64,000 bases of DNA from the human T2T-CHM13v2.0 reference genome, Homo sapiens. Where the stretch lies: assembly GCF_009914755.1 (NCBI RefSeq), contig NC_060930.1. One strand, written 5' to 3'. This document shows positions 12,500 to 26,155 of this stretch, piece after piece. How positions within the stretch are numbered: position 1 is the stretch's first letter; every line of letters starts with the position of its first letter. A model generated the notes under the pieces. It saw only the letters and a program-made list of their open reading frames with translations. It ran no database searches and was not told the DNA's origin. The translations under genes and the position numbers were made by a program.

Positions 12500-13790
12500 A
12501 TTTTTTCTTATTTTTATACACATTTTATTTCAGAATACTTTCAGATTTACATAAAAAATCACATCTTATATTAGTGTAGTAAATTTGTCACAGCTAATGA
12601 ACCAATATTGACACATTAGTGCTAGCTGAAAAATACACTTTATCCAAATTTTCTTAGTTTTTACCTGATTTTTTTTCTGTTCCAGCTTTCCATCTAGGAT
12701 ATTACATTACATTTTGTGTTCATACCTTCTAAGCTATTCTTAAATGTGATAGTTTCTCAGACTTTTCTTGTTTGTTAATGAGAGTTTTTCTGGTTTGCTT
12801 AATGAGAGTAGTAAGGAATTTTGGTCAGGTATTTGATAAAATATCCTCCTGTAGAATTTGCTTGATGATTTCCTCATGCTTTGATTGTGGTTATTGGTTT
12901 GGGGATAAAGATTACAGAGACAAAGTGCCCTTCTCATTGTATCAAAGATCAGGCTATCAACATGACTTACCACTATTGATGTACTTATTACGTGATTTAC
13001 ATAGTGTATTTCAGGTTCACCCATTGTAACCCTTCATTTCCCTCTACATACTAGCCTCTTTGAAAGAAAGTCACTATGTGGTCCACACTTAAGCAGTGGT
13101 CCACACTTAAGCAGTGGTCCACACTTATGCTCCACCACTTGGAGGACAGAATATCTACATAAATAATTTGTAGTTTGTCTGCAGAGAGATTTGTCTATAT
13201 CCCCTATTAATGTATCACTCAATAATTTATATCAGTATGAAATAATATTTATTTCTTATTTCTTACTTGTATTTATTTTGTTTCAGAAACTGTTCTAGCT
13301 TCGGTCATTGAGAAGTCTTTCATTTGGCTCATGTTTTCCTTTGACATATCCCTTTATTGTGGATTTTATTGTTATTAGAGTTGTTGTTATCTTGAGCATT
13401 TTCTCACTTCCTAGCACTATCAGATGCTCTAGACTCATGTTGTTTAATTCTTGCCCCAGTCTAAGAATCAGCTATTTCTCCAAGTATCTCTGGTTCCTTT
13501 TATTAGAAAAAAAAAGTATTGGAAACCAAGACAAATAAGCCAGGTGCACTCCTTGCTACCGAGGTGTAGTTGTTTTAAAGCCATCTCTAATTACAGAGCT
13601 TGAATATATAATGGGTTAATACACACACACACATATAATAACTTATATATAATATATAATGTATGTGTGCATTATATATTTGTATAAATTTAATGTATAT
13701 TATATATGTGTGTATGTATATATTAATCCATGTATATGCACATATCTATAAATGTTTCTGTATACAAACATCTATATCTTTAATTAGTCA
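12500..13790 (-). mobile_element. L1MC-type (L1MC3/4-like) 3' region, ending in TA/CA low complexity
   Basis: 'tgccccagtctaagaatcagctatttctccaag..tggttccttttattag..aaaccaag' and 'aagtgcccttctcattgtatc' match L1MC 3'UTR. Confidence 0.7.
13078..13130. repeat. 18-bp minisatellite, ~3 copies
   Basis: GTGGTCCACACTTAAGCA twice exactly, plus GTGGTCCACACTTATGC. Confidence 0.95.
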
Positions 13791-15343
13791 GAGTTGATTT
13801 AAAGAGAAGAAATGTGGTAATATTTTAAATTAGGATTATATATTTTTACCTGTGAGATACACAGATAAATAGAATGGAGTTGGGAAACATCAAAGTAGGA
13901 AAAAGAACACATAAAGATTGCAGTGCAGACGATAAAAATTGTCTCTCTGAAATATATTAAGATAAAAAATTAGTTGATTAAAATAGTTGAAAGAGGATAA
14001 TAAAAAAATTCTCAATTTGTCTACTTTGGATAACTAGGCTGGTGGGAATCTTCAGAATATAAGGAACATACTTATTTTTTAAATTTCATTTCAATTGCTT
14101 TAGGAGTAGAAGTGGTTTTTGAATACATCAATGAATTATATAGTGCTGATGTCTAGGATTTTAGTGCACCTGTCATCTGAATAATGTGCATTGTACCCAA
14201 TAGGCAGTTTTTCATCCCTCACACTCCTCCTCCTTTCTGAGTCTCCAGTATCCACTACACCACTCAGTATGCCTTAATGTACCCATAATTTAGTTCCCAC
14301 TTATGAGTGAAAACATATGGTATTAGATTTTTAATTCCTGACTTACTTCACTTAGAATAATGGCCTCCAGTTTCATCCAATTTGCTGCAGTAGAATATTT
14401 GGTTCTTTTCTATGGTAATATATTTTATAATGCATGTACACCACATTTTCCTTATCCTTAAATCAGATGAAAGACACTTAGATTGATTCTATATCTTTGC
14501 AATTGTGAATTTTGTTGTGATAAACATATACATGTGGGTGTTTTGGGATATAGTGACTTTTTCCCTTTGAGGAGATACCCAGTAGTGAGATTTCTGGATA
14601 GAATGGTAGATCCATTATTATTTATTTGAGAAGTCATTATGTTGTCTTCCTTAGAAGTTTTACTAATTTACAAGCCCACCAGCAGTGTGTAAGCATTCCA
14701 TTATCACCACATCCATGACAAAGTCTATTATTATTTGACTTTTTAATTATGGAAATTCTAGCAGGAGTAAAGTGGTATCTCACTATGGTTTTAATTTACA
14801 TTTCCCTGATGCTTGGTGATGTCTACTTTTTTTCATGTATTTGTTGACCTTTTTTATTTCTTCTTTTGAGAAGTATCTATTCATGTCATTTGCCTGCTTC
14901 TTGATGAGATTTTTTAGTTTTTTTCTTGCTGATTTGTTTGAGTTATTTGTAGATTCTGGATATTAGTCCTTTGTCAGATACAAAGTTTGCAGTTGTTTTT
15001 TCATTTTTGAGTTGTCTGTTTACACTGATAATTATTTCTTTTGCTGTGCAGAGGTCTTTTAGTTTAATTAGGTCTCATTTTTGTTTTCATTGCATTTCCT
15101 TTTGGGGCCTTCGCAATATATGTATTTTTTTGTAGGCCAATGTCCAGAAGAGACTTTCTTAGGTGCTCTTCTAGAATTTTCATAGATTCAGGTCTTATAT
15201 TTAACTTTAATTCATCTTGAATCTTTTTATATAGTGAGAGACAGAGCTGTAGCTTTATTATTTTACATGTGGATATTTAATTTTCCTAGCATCATATATT
15301 GAATAGGATGTTCTTTTTCAAATTAACATTTTTATATGCTCTG

Positions 15344-18050
15344 TAATATGGTTATGCTTTGTGTCCCGTCTCAAATCTCATCTTGAATTCTAATCCTCAT
15401 AATCCCCACATGTCAAGAGAGAGACTAGGTGAAAGTAATTGGATTATGGGCATGATGTCTCCCATGCTGTTATCATGATAGTGAGTGAGTTCTCATGAGA
15501 TCTGATGGTTTTATAACTGTTTGGTAGTTGCTCCTGTGTTCATTCTCCTTCCTGCCACTTTGTGAAGAAGGTGACTTCCACCATAAATTTAAGTTTCCTG
15601 AGGCCTCCCCAGCCATGTGGAATTTTGAGTCAATTAAACCTCTTTCCTTTCTTAATTACCCAGGCTTATGCAGTTCTTTATAGTAATGTGAGAATCAACT
15701 AATACAGTTAGGTGGTAACACATAGAGTGGAGTGCTCCTATAAAGATACCCAAAAATGTGGAAACAGCTTAGGAAGTGGGTAACAGGCAGAGGTTGGAAC
15801 AATTTAGAGGGCACAGAAGAAAACAGGAAGAAGTAGGAAAGTCTGAAACTTCCTTGAGACTTGCTGAATGGCTTTGACCACAACGCTGATAGTGATAATG
15901 GACAATGAAGTCCAGGCTAAAATGGTCTCAGATAAAGATGACAAATTTGTTGTGAACTGGAATATAGGTGATTCTTACTATACTTTAGCAAAGAGACTGC
16001 TGGCATTTTGCCCCACCTTATAGATCTGTGAAACTTTGAACTTGAGAATGATGATTTAGAGTATCTGGTGGAAGAAATTACTAAGCAGCAAAGTGTTCAA
16101 GAGGTGCCTTGAGTGCTCTTAAAAGCATTCAGTTTTATGCATTTACAATAGTATGGTTTGGAAGTGGAGCTAATGTTTAAAAGAGAAGCAGAGCATAAAA
16201 GTTCCAAAAATAGGCAGCCTGATGCAATAAAAAAGGAAGAGTTCATATCCTTTGCAGGGATATGGATGAAGCTGAAAACCATCAATCTCAACAAACTACA
16301 CAGGAACAGAAAACCAAACACCGCATGTTCTCACTCATAAGTGGGACTTGAACAAAGAGAACACATGGACACAGGGAGGGGAACATCACACACCAGGGTC
16401 TGTCAGGGGGTGGGGAGCTAGGGGAGGGATAGCATTAGGAGAAATACCTAATGTGGATGATGGGTTGATGGGTGCAGCAAACCACCATGGCATGTGTATA
16501 CCTATGTAACAAACTTGCATGTTCTGCATTTGTATCCCAGAACTTAAAGTATATTATTAAAAAAAAAAAAAAAAAAAAAAAAAAGGAAAACTCATATGCT
16601 GGGGAAGAGTTCAAGCCTACTGAAGAAATTTGCATAAGTAATGAAGAGCCAAATGTTAATCACCAAGACAATGGAGAAAATGTCTCCAGGGCATGTCAGA
16701 GGTATTAATGGCCACCCCTCCCATCACAAGCCCAGAGGCCTAGGAGGAAAAATGATTTTGTGGGCTGGATGCAGGACCTTGCTGCTTTGTGCAGTCTCAT
16801 AACTTGATGTCCTGCTTCCCAGCCATGGAAAAAACATGCCTATGTCCAGCTCAGGCCATTGCTTCAGAGGCTGCAAGCTCCAAGTCTTGGCAGCTTCCAC
16901 ATGGTGTTGAGGCTGTGGGTACACAGAAGTCAAGAATTGAGGTTTGGGAACCTTCACTTAGAATTCAGAGGATGTATGGAAACACCTGGATGTTCAGGCA
17001 GAAGTTTGCTGCAGGGGTCCAGTCCTCATGGAGAACCTCTGCTAGGGCAGTGTGGAAGGAAAATAAGGGAATCCCACAGAGTCCCCACTGAGAAACTGCC
17101 TATTGGAGCTGTAAGAAGAGGGCCACTCTCCTCCAAACCCCAAAATGTTAGATCCACTGGTAGTTTGCACTGTGTGCCTGGAAAAGCTGCAGACACTCAA
17201 TGCCAGCCTAGGAAAGCAGCCAGGAAGAGGGCTGTGCCCCGAAAAGCCACAGGGTTGGAGATAACCAAAACTGTGGGAAATCTAGTTCTTGCATTAGCAT
17301 GACCCAGATGTGAGACATTAAGTCAAAGGAGATAATTTCAGATTAATCTTACAGATGTAATGGCTGCCCTGCAGTGTTTTGAACTTGCATGGGACCTGTA
17401 GCATCTTTGTTTTGGCTAATTTCTTCCATTTGGAATGGAAACATTTACCCAATACCTGTACCTCCATTGTGTCTTGGAAGCAACTAACTTGATTTTGATT
17501 TTACAGGCTTCTGGGCAGAAGAGACTTGCCTTGTCTTGACGAGGCTTTGGACTTGGAATTTTGGGTTAATAATAGAATGAATCAAGATTTTGGGGGACTA
17601 CTGGGAAAGCATAATTGGTTTTGAAATGTGAAAGGAACATGACATTTTGTAGGGTCCAAGGGTGAAATGATGTGGTTAGGCTTTGTGTGCTCCCCCAAAC
17701 CTCATTTTGAATTGTAATCCTCATAATCCCCATAAAACCCATGTGTCAAGAGAGAGACCAGGTGGAGGTTATTGGATCATGGGGGTGATTTCCCCCATTC
17801 TCTTCTCATGATAGTGAGTTCTCATGAGAGCTGATGGATTTATAAGTATTTGGTAGTTCCTCTGCAGTCATTCTCCCTCCTGCCCCCTTGTGAAGAAAAT
17901 GCCTTGCTTCCCCTTCCCCTTCTGCCATTATTGTAAGTTTCCTGAGGCCTCCCCAGCCATGTGGAACCATTAGTCTATTAAGACTTTTTTGTTTCTTAAT
18001 TATCCAATCTCAAGCAAGTCTTTATAGCAGTGTGAGAATGGACTAATATA
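15344..18050 (+). mobile_element. Complete THE1D MaLR element (LTR-internal-LTR)
   Basis: 5'LTR 15344-15706, internal 15707-17667 with purine-rich tract before 3'LTR 17668-18050; degenerate 5-bp TSD CTCTG/CCTTG. Confidence 0.9.
16239..16582 (+). mobile_element. 5'-truncated L1PA7/8 3' end inserted in THE1D internal region
   Basis: ORF2 tail plus 3'UTR (GGGGAGGGATAGCATTAGGAGAAATACCTAATG), long poly(A), TSD AAAAAGGAA on both sides. Confidence 0.92.
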
Positions 18051-21000
18051 CCTTGTCAAAGACTGATTGGAGATAAATATTTAGCTTTATTTCTGGATTC
18101 TGGATTCTGTTATATTGGTCTGTGTATCTACTTTTATACCAGTACTTTGCTGTTTTTGTTACTGCAGACTTGTAGAAGAATTTGAAGTCAGGTAATGTGA
18201 TGCCTCCTGATTTATACCTTTTGCTTAGGATTGTACTGGCTATAATGCTCTTTTTTGATTCTCTATAAATTTTAGAATTGAATTTTCTAAATATGTTAAA
18301 ATAATGTTGGGATTTTGATAGGAATTATAATGAATGTGTAGATTGCTTTGGGCATTATGGTTATTTTTTCAATATTAGTTATTTCAATTCATGAACATGG
18401 GATGCATTTTCACATTTGTTTCATCTATGGTTCCTTCAGCGTGTTCTGTGGTTCTCCTTTTAGAGATCTTTTGCCTCCTTGGCTAAGTATATTCCTGGGC
18501 ATTTTTTTTTTTTTAACTATTGTAAAGGGATTTAATTCTTGATTTAATTCTCAGCTTAGTCATTGTTAGTGTATAATAGTGCTACTTGTTTTTGTACAGT
18601 GATGTTGTAACCCAAGACTTCACTGAATTTATATGTCAGATCCAAGAGTATTTTGGAGGACTCTTTAGGGTTTTCTGAGTGTAAGATCATATCATCAGCG
18701 AATAAAAATAGTTTGACTACTTCTTTGCTAATCTAGGTGTTTTTTTTTTTTTAACCTGCCTAATTGCTCTGGCTAGGACTTCCAGTACTATGTTAAACAG
18801 AAGTAGTGAAAATGTGCATTATTTTCTTGTTCCAGTTCTTAGGGAAAATGCTTTCAACATTTCCCCATTTAGTAAGATGTTGGCTGTGGGTTTTTTCGTA
18901 TGCTTCTTTTATTATTTTCAGGTATGTTCCTTCTATGCCTAGTTTATTGAGGGTTTTTGTCTTATAGAGGTGCTGGATTTTATGAAATGTTTTTTCTACA
19001 TCTATGGAGATGATCATATGTTTTTTGTTTTTAATTCTGTTTATGTGATTAATCACATTATATTGAGTATTGCAAAATCCCTACCTCCCTGGAATGAAAC
19101 CCAGTTGATCATGGTGAATTATGTTTTTAATATGCTGTTGGATTCAGTTTGCCAGTATTTTGTTGAACATATTTACATCTCTATTCATCAGGAATATTGC
19201 TCTGTAGTTTTATCTCTTTTTTTGTTGTTATGTCATTTCTTGGCTTTGGTATGAGGATAATACTGGCTTCATGGAATAAATCAGGGAACATTCCCTCCTT
19301 TTGAATCTTTTGGAATAGTTTCAGTAGAATTGTTATCAGTTATTTAAATGTCTGATGGAATTCAGATTTACATCAATCTGGCCCTGGGCTTTTTTGTTGC
19401 CCTTGGCAGTTTTTTTCATATTGATTTAATCTCACTGCTTGTTATTGATCTGTTCTGTATTTCTATTTCTTCCTGATTCAAGCTAGAGGTGGGGTTTGTA
19501 TATTTCCAAAAATTTATCCCTTTTCTCTAGATTTTCTAGTTTGTGTGACTAGGGGTGTTCATAGTAGTCTCTATCTTTTGCATTTCTGTGTTGTTAGTTG
19601 TGATGCCTCCATTTTCATTTCTAATTGAACTTTTTTGAATCAATCTTTTCTTGGTTAATCTAGCTAGTGGTTTTTCAATTTTATCTTTTCAGAGCACTAG
19701 CTTTTCATTTTATTAATTTTTTGTTTGGGGTGTGTGTGTGTGTTTGTATTTTTTCAGTTTCATTTGGTTTTGCTCTGATTTTGTTATTTCTATTTTTTTT
19801 TCTGCTAACTTTGGGTTTGATTGGTTCTTTTCTCTCTAGTTCTTTGAGGCATGACAATGGGTTGCCAGTTTGTAACTTTTTAGACTTTTGCTGTTGGCAT
19901 TTAGCACTATAAGCTTTCCTCTTAGCACTGCTTTTACTGTATACCACAGGTTTTGATAACTCTTATCACTGTTATCATTCATTTTGAATGTTTTGAAAAC
20001 ATTTTCATTTTAATTTTATTGTTAACCAAAAAATCATTCAGGAGCAGATTGTTTTATTTTCATATGTTTGTATAGTTTTGAGTGTTCTTTTCGAATTGAT
20101 TTCTAGTTTCATTCTGCTATGGTCTGAGAAGATACTTAATATGATTTTGATTTAAAAAAGTTTATTGACACTTTTTTTGTGGCCTATCATATGGTCGATC
20201 TTGCGTCATGTTCCTTGTGCTGAGAAGAGTGTATATTCTGCAGTTCTTGGGTAGAATATTATGTAAATATTTGTTAGGTCCATTTGTTCTAGAGTGCAGT
20301 TTAAATGTGGTGTTTCTTTGTTGACTTTCTCCCTTGATGATCTGTCTAGTGCTATAAGTGAAGTGTTTATGTTCTCCACTTTATTGTGTTGCTGTCTAAT
20401 TCTTTCTTTAAGTCTAGTAGGGCTTTATTCACTCTTTCTGGAGTTAGGTGCATACATTTTTAGAATTGTTATATCTTCTTGTTGAGTTGAACTGGTTATC
20501 ATTATATAATGACCTTCTTCATCTTTTCTTTTAACTGTTGTTGCTTTAAAATCTGTTTTTATCTAATATAAGAATAGCTACTCATATTTTCTTTTGGTTT
20601 CCATTTGCATAAAATATCTTATTCCACTCCTTTACCTTGCGTCTATAAGAATACCCATGTGTTAAGTGGGTTTCCTGAAGACAGTAAATATTTGGTTTGT
20701 AATTTTTAAATACATTTTGCCAATCTGTATCTTTTAAGTAGAGTATTTAGACCATTTACATTCAACCTTAATATTAAGATATGAGGTACTGTTACAGTCA
20801 TCATGTTCTTACCTAATGACTTTGTATTATTCATTGTGTTATTGTTTTATTAGCCCTGCGAATTTTGTTCTTTCAAGACTTTCTCTTCTGGTGCATATCA
20901 ACCTTTTGTTTCAAGACTTAGAACTCCTTTTAGCATTTCTTGTAAGTCTGGTGTAATGTTGATAAATTCCCTCAGCATTTGCTTGTTTAAAAGAGACTTT

Positions 21001-21949
21001 ATTTTTTCTTTATTTATGAAACTTAGTTTTTTTTGGATACACAATTCTTGGCTGGGAGTTATTCTGCTTAAGGAGACTAGAAATAGGACCCCAATCCCTT
21101 CTGGCTTTTAAGATTCTTGCTGAGAAGTCTGCTGTTATTCTGATAGGTTTTCTCATATAGGTTACTTGATGCGTTTGTCTCACTGCACTTATAATTCTTT
21201 CCTTTATATTGACTTTAGATAGCCCAAAGACTATATGCCTTGGTGAGGTCCTTTGTGCAAATGACTCTCACAGGAGTTCTTTGAGCTTCTTGTATTTGGA
21301 TGTCTAAGTCTTTAACAAGGCCAGGAAAATTTTTTCTCAATTAGTCCTTCAAATAGGTTTTTGAGACTTTCTGCTCTCTTTCAACCTCAGGAAGATTCAT
21401 AGGTTTGGTTTTTTTAAATAATCCCATATTTCTTACAGACATTGATCTTTATTTTTAATTTAATTTAATTTTTTATTTTTGTTTGATTGGCTTAATTGAA
21501 AGTCTTGTCTTTGGGCTCTGAAATGTTTTCTTCTATGTGGTGTAGCCTATCATTAAAACTTTCCACTGAATTTTATAGTTCCCTAAATGTGTCTTTTATT
21601 TCCAGAAGTTCTGATTGAGTAATACAAGTTTTTAAAAGGGAGATTTATTTGTCTATTTTTTTCTTATATAAAGATTAAATGTCTGCTTGTCACTGAGATG
21701 ACTAAGTCCAGAAGAGTATAGATATATTCAGGAGTGTAAGTAGAGCTGGAGATCTGGTTTAGATTCTCTTGGTAATCTCTTACACCATATGAACAAGGAC
21801 AAAACACTTGGAAATGAAAAATTTTAAAAAATAGCATAAGGACTAAATTATTTTTATTGTTTTTCATCTTTTAATGTTGTTTAATAGAGAACTGTATAAA
21901 CACAGAAAAGGGCAATATTATCAGGCTTAATTTATTTATTCAAAGTTTT

Positions 21950-23140
<1,191 letters not shown>

Positions 23141-24209
23141 TTAGTTAAATTTTTAAGAATAAGAAAAACGGAACTCAGAGATCAACTCAGATTTCTTCAG
23201 TCCGTAAAACTAAGATGAACTTTTGGGTTCATTACTACTTGTTGTCATGTAGATGTTCAATTCCAATTCAAGAGTTCTGTATTCCATGTGATTAAATAAT
23301 TCTATGTGATTCCACAATTAAAATGTGGCTGCAACTGCATTCAGTTCAGTCCCAGTCTTACATGGTAGCTTAATGTGTGAAATACTGCTATTTTTATATT
23401 TACGTCTAAATTTTATCATCTCTTATTAGACTTGACTATACAAATTTTGGGATGACATTAGAAGAAAGTTTATTTCAGCATGAGAAATAACTTTGAATAA
23501 TATGTCAGTAACTCTACCCTTAAAATAAATATTTTAAAATTATTTTGAATAACTCTTAAATTTAATCATGGCATGTGCCCCCGGATGGATTTAATTAAAC
23601 CCATATTCAAAATTCTTGCCTCTCTCATGTGGTAAATATAATTCATTGTGTCTGGAGGAGGCTATCTTTATCTTTGTTGAGCTATAAATCTACCCTTGGT
23701 GTATTTGGCACTATTTTCATCTTTTCAGAAGTAACATCTCTTCATGACATCTCTAAATGCTTTTTCAGATGTTTCCAAAATGTAACAAATGATTAAAATA
23801 AGAACACGATAATAGCATAAATCCTCACTTGTCTGCTTGCCTTGACTATGTTGGATCAATGATAGTTGAAATAGAGACAAGTTAAAAGGTCTCCAGGACT
23901 TTTTTTGGATGGAAGGCTTGCGCTTCATTCTTTATCTCTCTTGTTTCTGAAAACTAACTCCAAATGGCCCAGCCACTCTGCACTATTCCACCATAAAACA
24001 AAAGTCCTAGAGAAAAGTGAAAAGGCAAACATTGATAGAAGTTGTATGAAAATTAAAAGAAATTGTTGAAGAATGTTGGAGAAATGTGAAAGAATCATTC
24101 CTCTTAAGCCATTTCTTTCTATGGAAAGAGGTTGGGTTTGTTAATCTGACAGCTTCCTAGTGACTCCACAGAAGCTCAACTCTTTGCAGGTAGGATAGCA
24201 CAACGAAGG

Positions 24210-24442
24210 AGAGGCCAGATTGTGGATCCGGACACTTCAGTTTGAATCCCCTGTTCTAACATTTATTGGCTTGTGATATTTGACAAGTTATAATTTCTTT
24301 ATACTTCATTTTCACAGTCTATAGAATGAGATTATAATAGTACCTACATCATAGGTGTTGCTTTGACATATAGTAAGTCAATGTAATTACAGCACTTAAA
24401 GCAGAACCTGATGTACAATCCCATTCTATAAGTGTTAGTGAT
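24210..24442 (+). mobile_element. MIR
   Basis: 'tttgaatcccc...gacaagtta...ataatagtacctacatcatagg...gcacttaaagcagaacctg' MIR core. Confidence 0.8.
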
Positions 24443-25821
24443 CAGTACTTCTGATGGCTACTGTGTAACACAAAGCTAATTCTCAATTTGAGCTATCCAA
24501 AAATATATTATGTAGTCAGGTACTTGTATATGTCGTCAATTCCTTCTTTTATTGGTAAAGGTTGAATCTATATTATTGAGTAACTGTTATTAGTTCTACT
24601 TGATATTTTCTAATATAAAAATATTCTATATAGTTTAGGTGACTCTAACTAAAAGAAACACTCTAGAAAACTAAAAAAAACAATAATTGATAACTATAAA
24701 CAAAGTAGTATATATAATTGCTAAGAATAAATAGGCAATAAATATTTAAATGCAGTAATATTGGACTGACATAGGTTAAAGTATGTAATGTTTGCTAAGC
24801 ATTTATTAATTTTCTGATTTTTTCTGCAAACCAATATATCTCAATATAATTTTTAAAAACCCACTAGAATTTAACTTTTATCTACAGGAAATACGACTTC
24901 TGGTGGTCTAATGATTTCTGTTTCTTAATTTAAAACTTGCAAATGTTTGTTTTTATCAAAAAGATACTTTTAAAGGAAAAATTCATGAACATATAAACAT
25001 ATGTTTTATTGAATATTAAGGTTAAAATACCAAGCTGTCACTAATAACTAGCTCTCATACAGATAAGATGCTTTCAAGCCTTGATATCTTTTAAAAATAT
25101 ATTCAGTTTTGTGCCTCATTAAGAACCATATTTTTCAAGATAGATTAACTTTTCTCAAGTACAAAATGTCTCACCATTTGAGAGAAAATGAGTGCTTTTA
25201 CATTGTACTGATTATTGTCCTAAAATTCCTGACATCATTGAAAACTATTTTTGTGAAATAAGTTCTTGCCTAAAAGTTCAGTATATCAGTTTACTACTAG
25301 CAATATAACTTACACACTGTTTTTTCCCTTAACCTGCATATGGAGCTTTATAAACAAATAATATAGTTTAAAGGATATGTTTTATTAGTATAATAAGAGG
25401 TACCTTGAATTTTTAAGGTACATCATCCATGCTTTGAATTACATAAAATTCAATAGTTTTTCTCTGGTTTATGGTAGGTTTATATAAAATGATTATATAA
25501 ATTACATATTTGTATGGTATATTTTTACAAAGAATATTTCTTGGGTAGATATAATATAAAACATAAGAACAAAGAGGCTGTATTAATTTATGTTACCAAG
25601 TGTCCTTTCATTTAAATATTGATTTTATAAAAGAGTTAAACAACTATAATGTATACTACACTATCATTATTAAAAGAAAGCTACGTGTTAGGCCACCAAG
25701 AAGAGTTAATACTTCAAAATTTTTAATTAGATTTTGGAAAAAATATCTAATACGTTTTTGCAGTATGTGTCCATGCAAGTTTATATATTTTTAAACTATT
25801 AGTAAAATAATGTTTTATAGC

Positions 25822-26155
25822 AATAGAGTATCTCTTATCTGAAGTGCTTGGAACCAGAAATGTTTCAAATGTAGAATTGTTTGAATTTTTGAATACTTGC
25901 AATTACCAATGAGATATCTTAGGATGACTCCCAAGTCTAAACATGAAACTTACTTATGTTTTATATATACTTTGTACACGTAGCCTAAAGATAATTTTAT
26001 ACAATATTTTAAATAATTTTGTAAATAAAGCAAACTTTTGACTGCATTTTGACTGCAACTCCTCACATGAGGTCAGATATGAAATTTTCTGCCTATGGTG
26101 TTTGCGTTTTATAGCACTTTGAGTTTCCGAATTTAGATTAGTAATGCTCAACCTG
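25822..26155. mobile_element. Tigger4b/MER46-type non-autonomous DNA transposon
   Basis: 'gagtatctcttatctgaagtgcttggaaccagaa...cccaagtctaaacatgaaa...cacatgaggtcag...atgctcaacctg' followed by TA. Confidence 0.85.

Larger units (their letters stand above)
14075..21620 (-). mobile_element. L1PB (L1PB4-like), 5'-truncated in ORF1 region, interrupted by THE1D
   Basis: 3'UTR 'ttttagtgcacctgtcatctga...ttctgagtctcca...acttcacttagaataatggcctccag'; ORF2 remnant INHINRIKNKKHMIISID (18793-19056); sequence resumes colinearly at 18051 after the THE1D. Confidence 0.85.

Noticed and set aside
13078-13130. CRISPR-like direct repeats
   Set aside because: No spacers, eukaryotic context; a simple tandem repeat.
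16789-17302. 100-147-aa ORFs in THE1D internal region
   Set aside because: Broken pieces of the decayed MaLR internal sequence; no intact frame.
21664-21867. Possible coding exon on minus strand
   Set aside because: No recognisable protein similarity or convincing splice pair.
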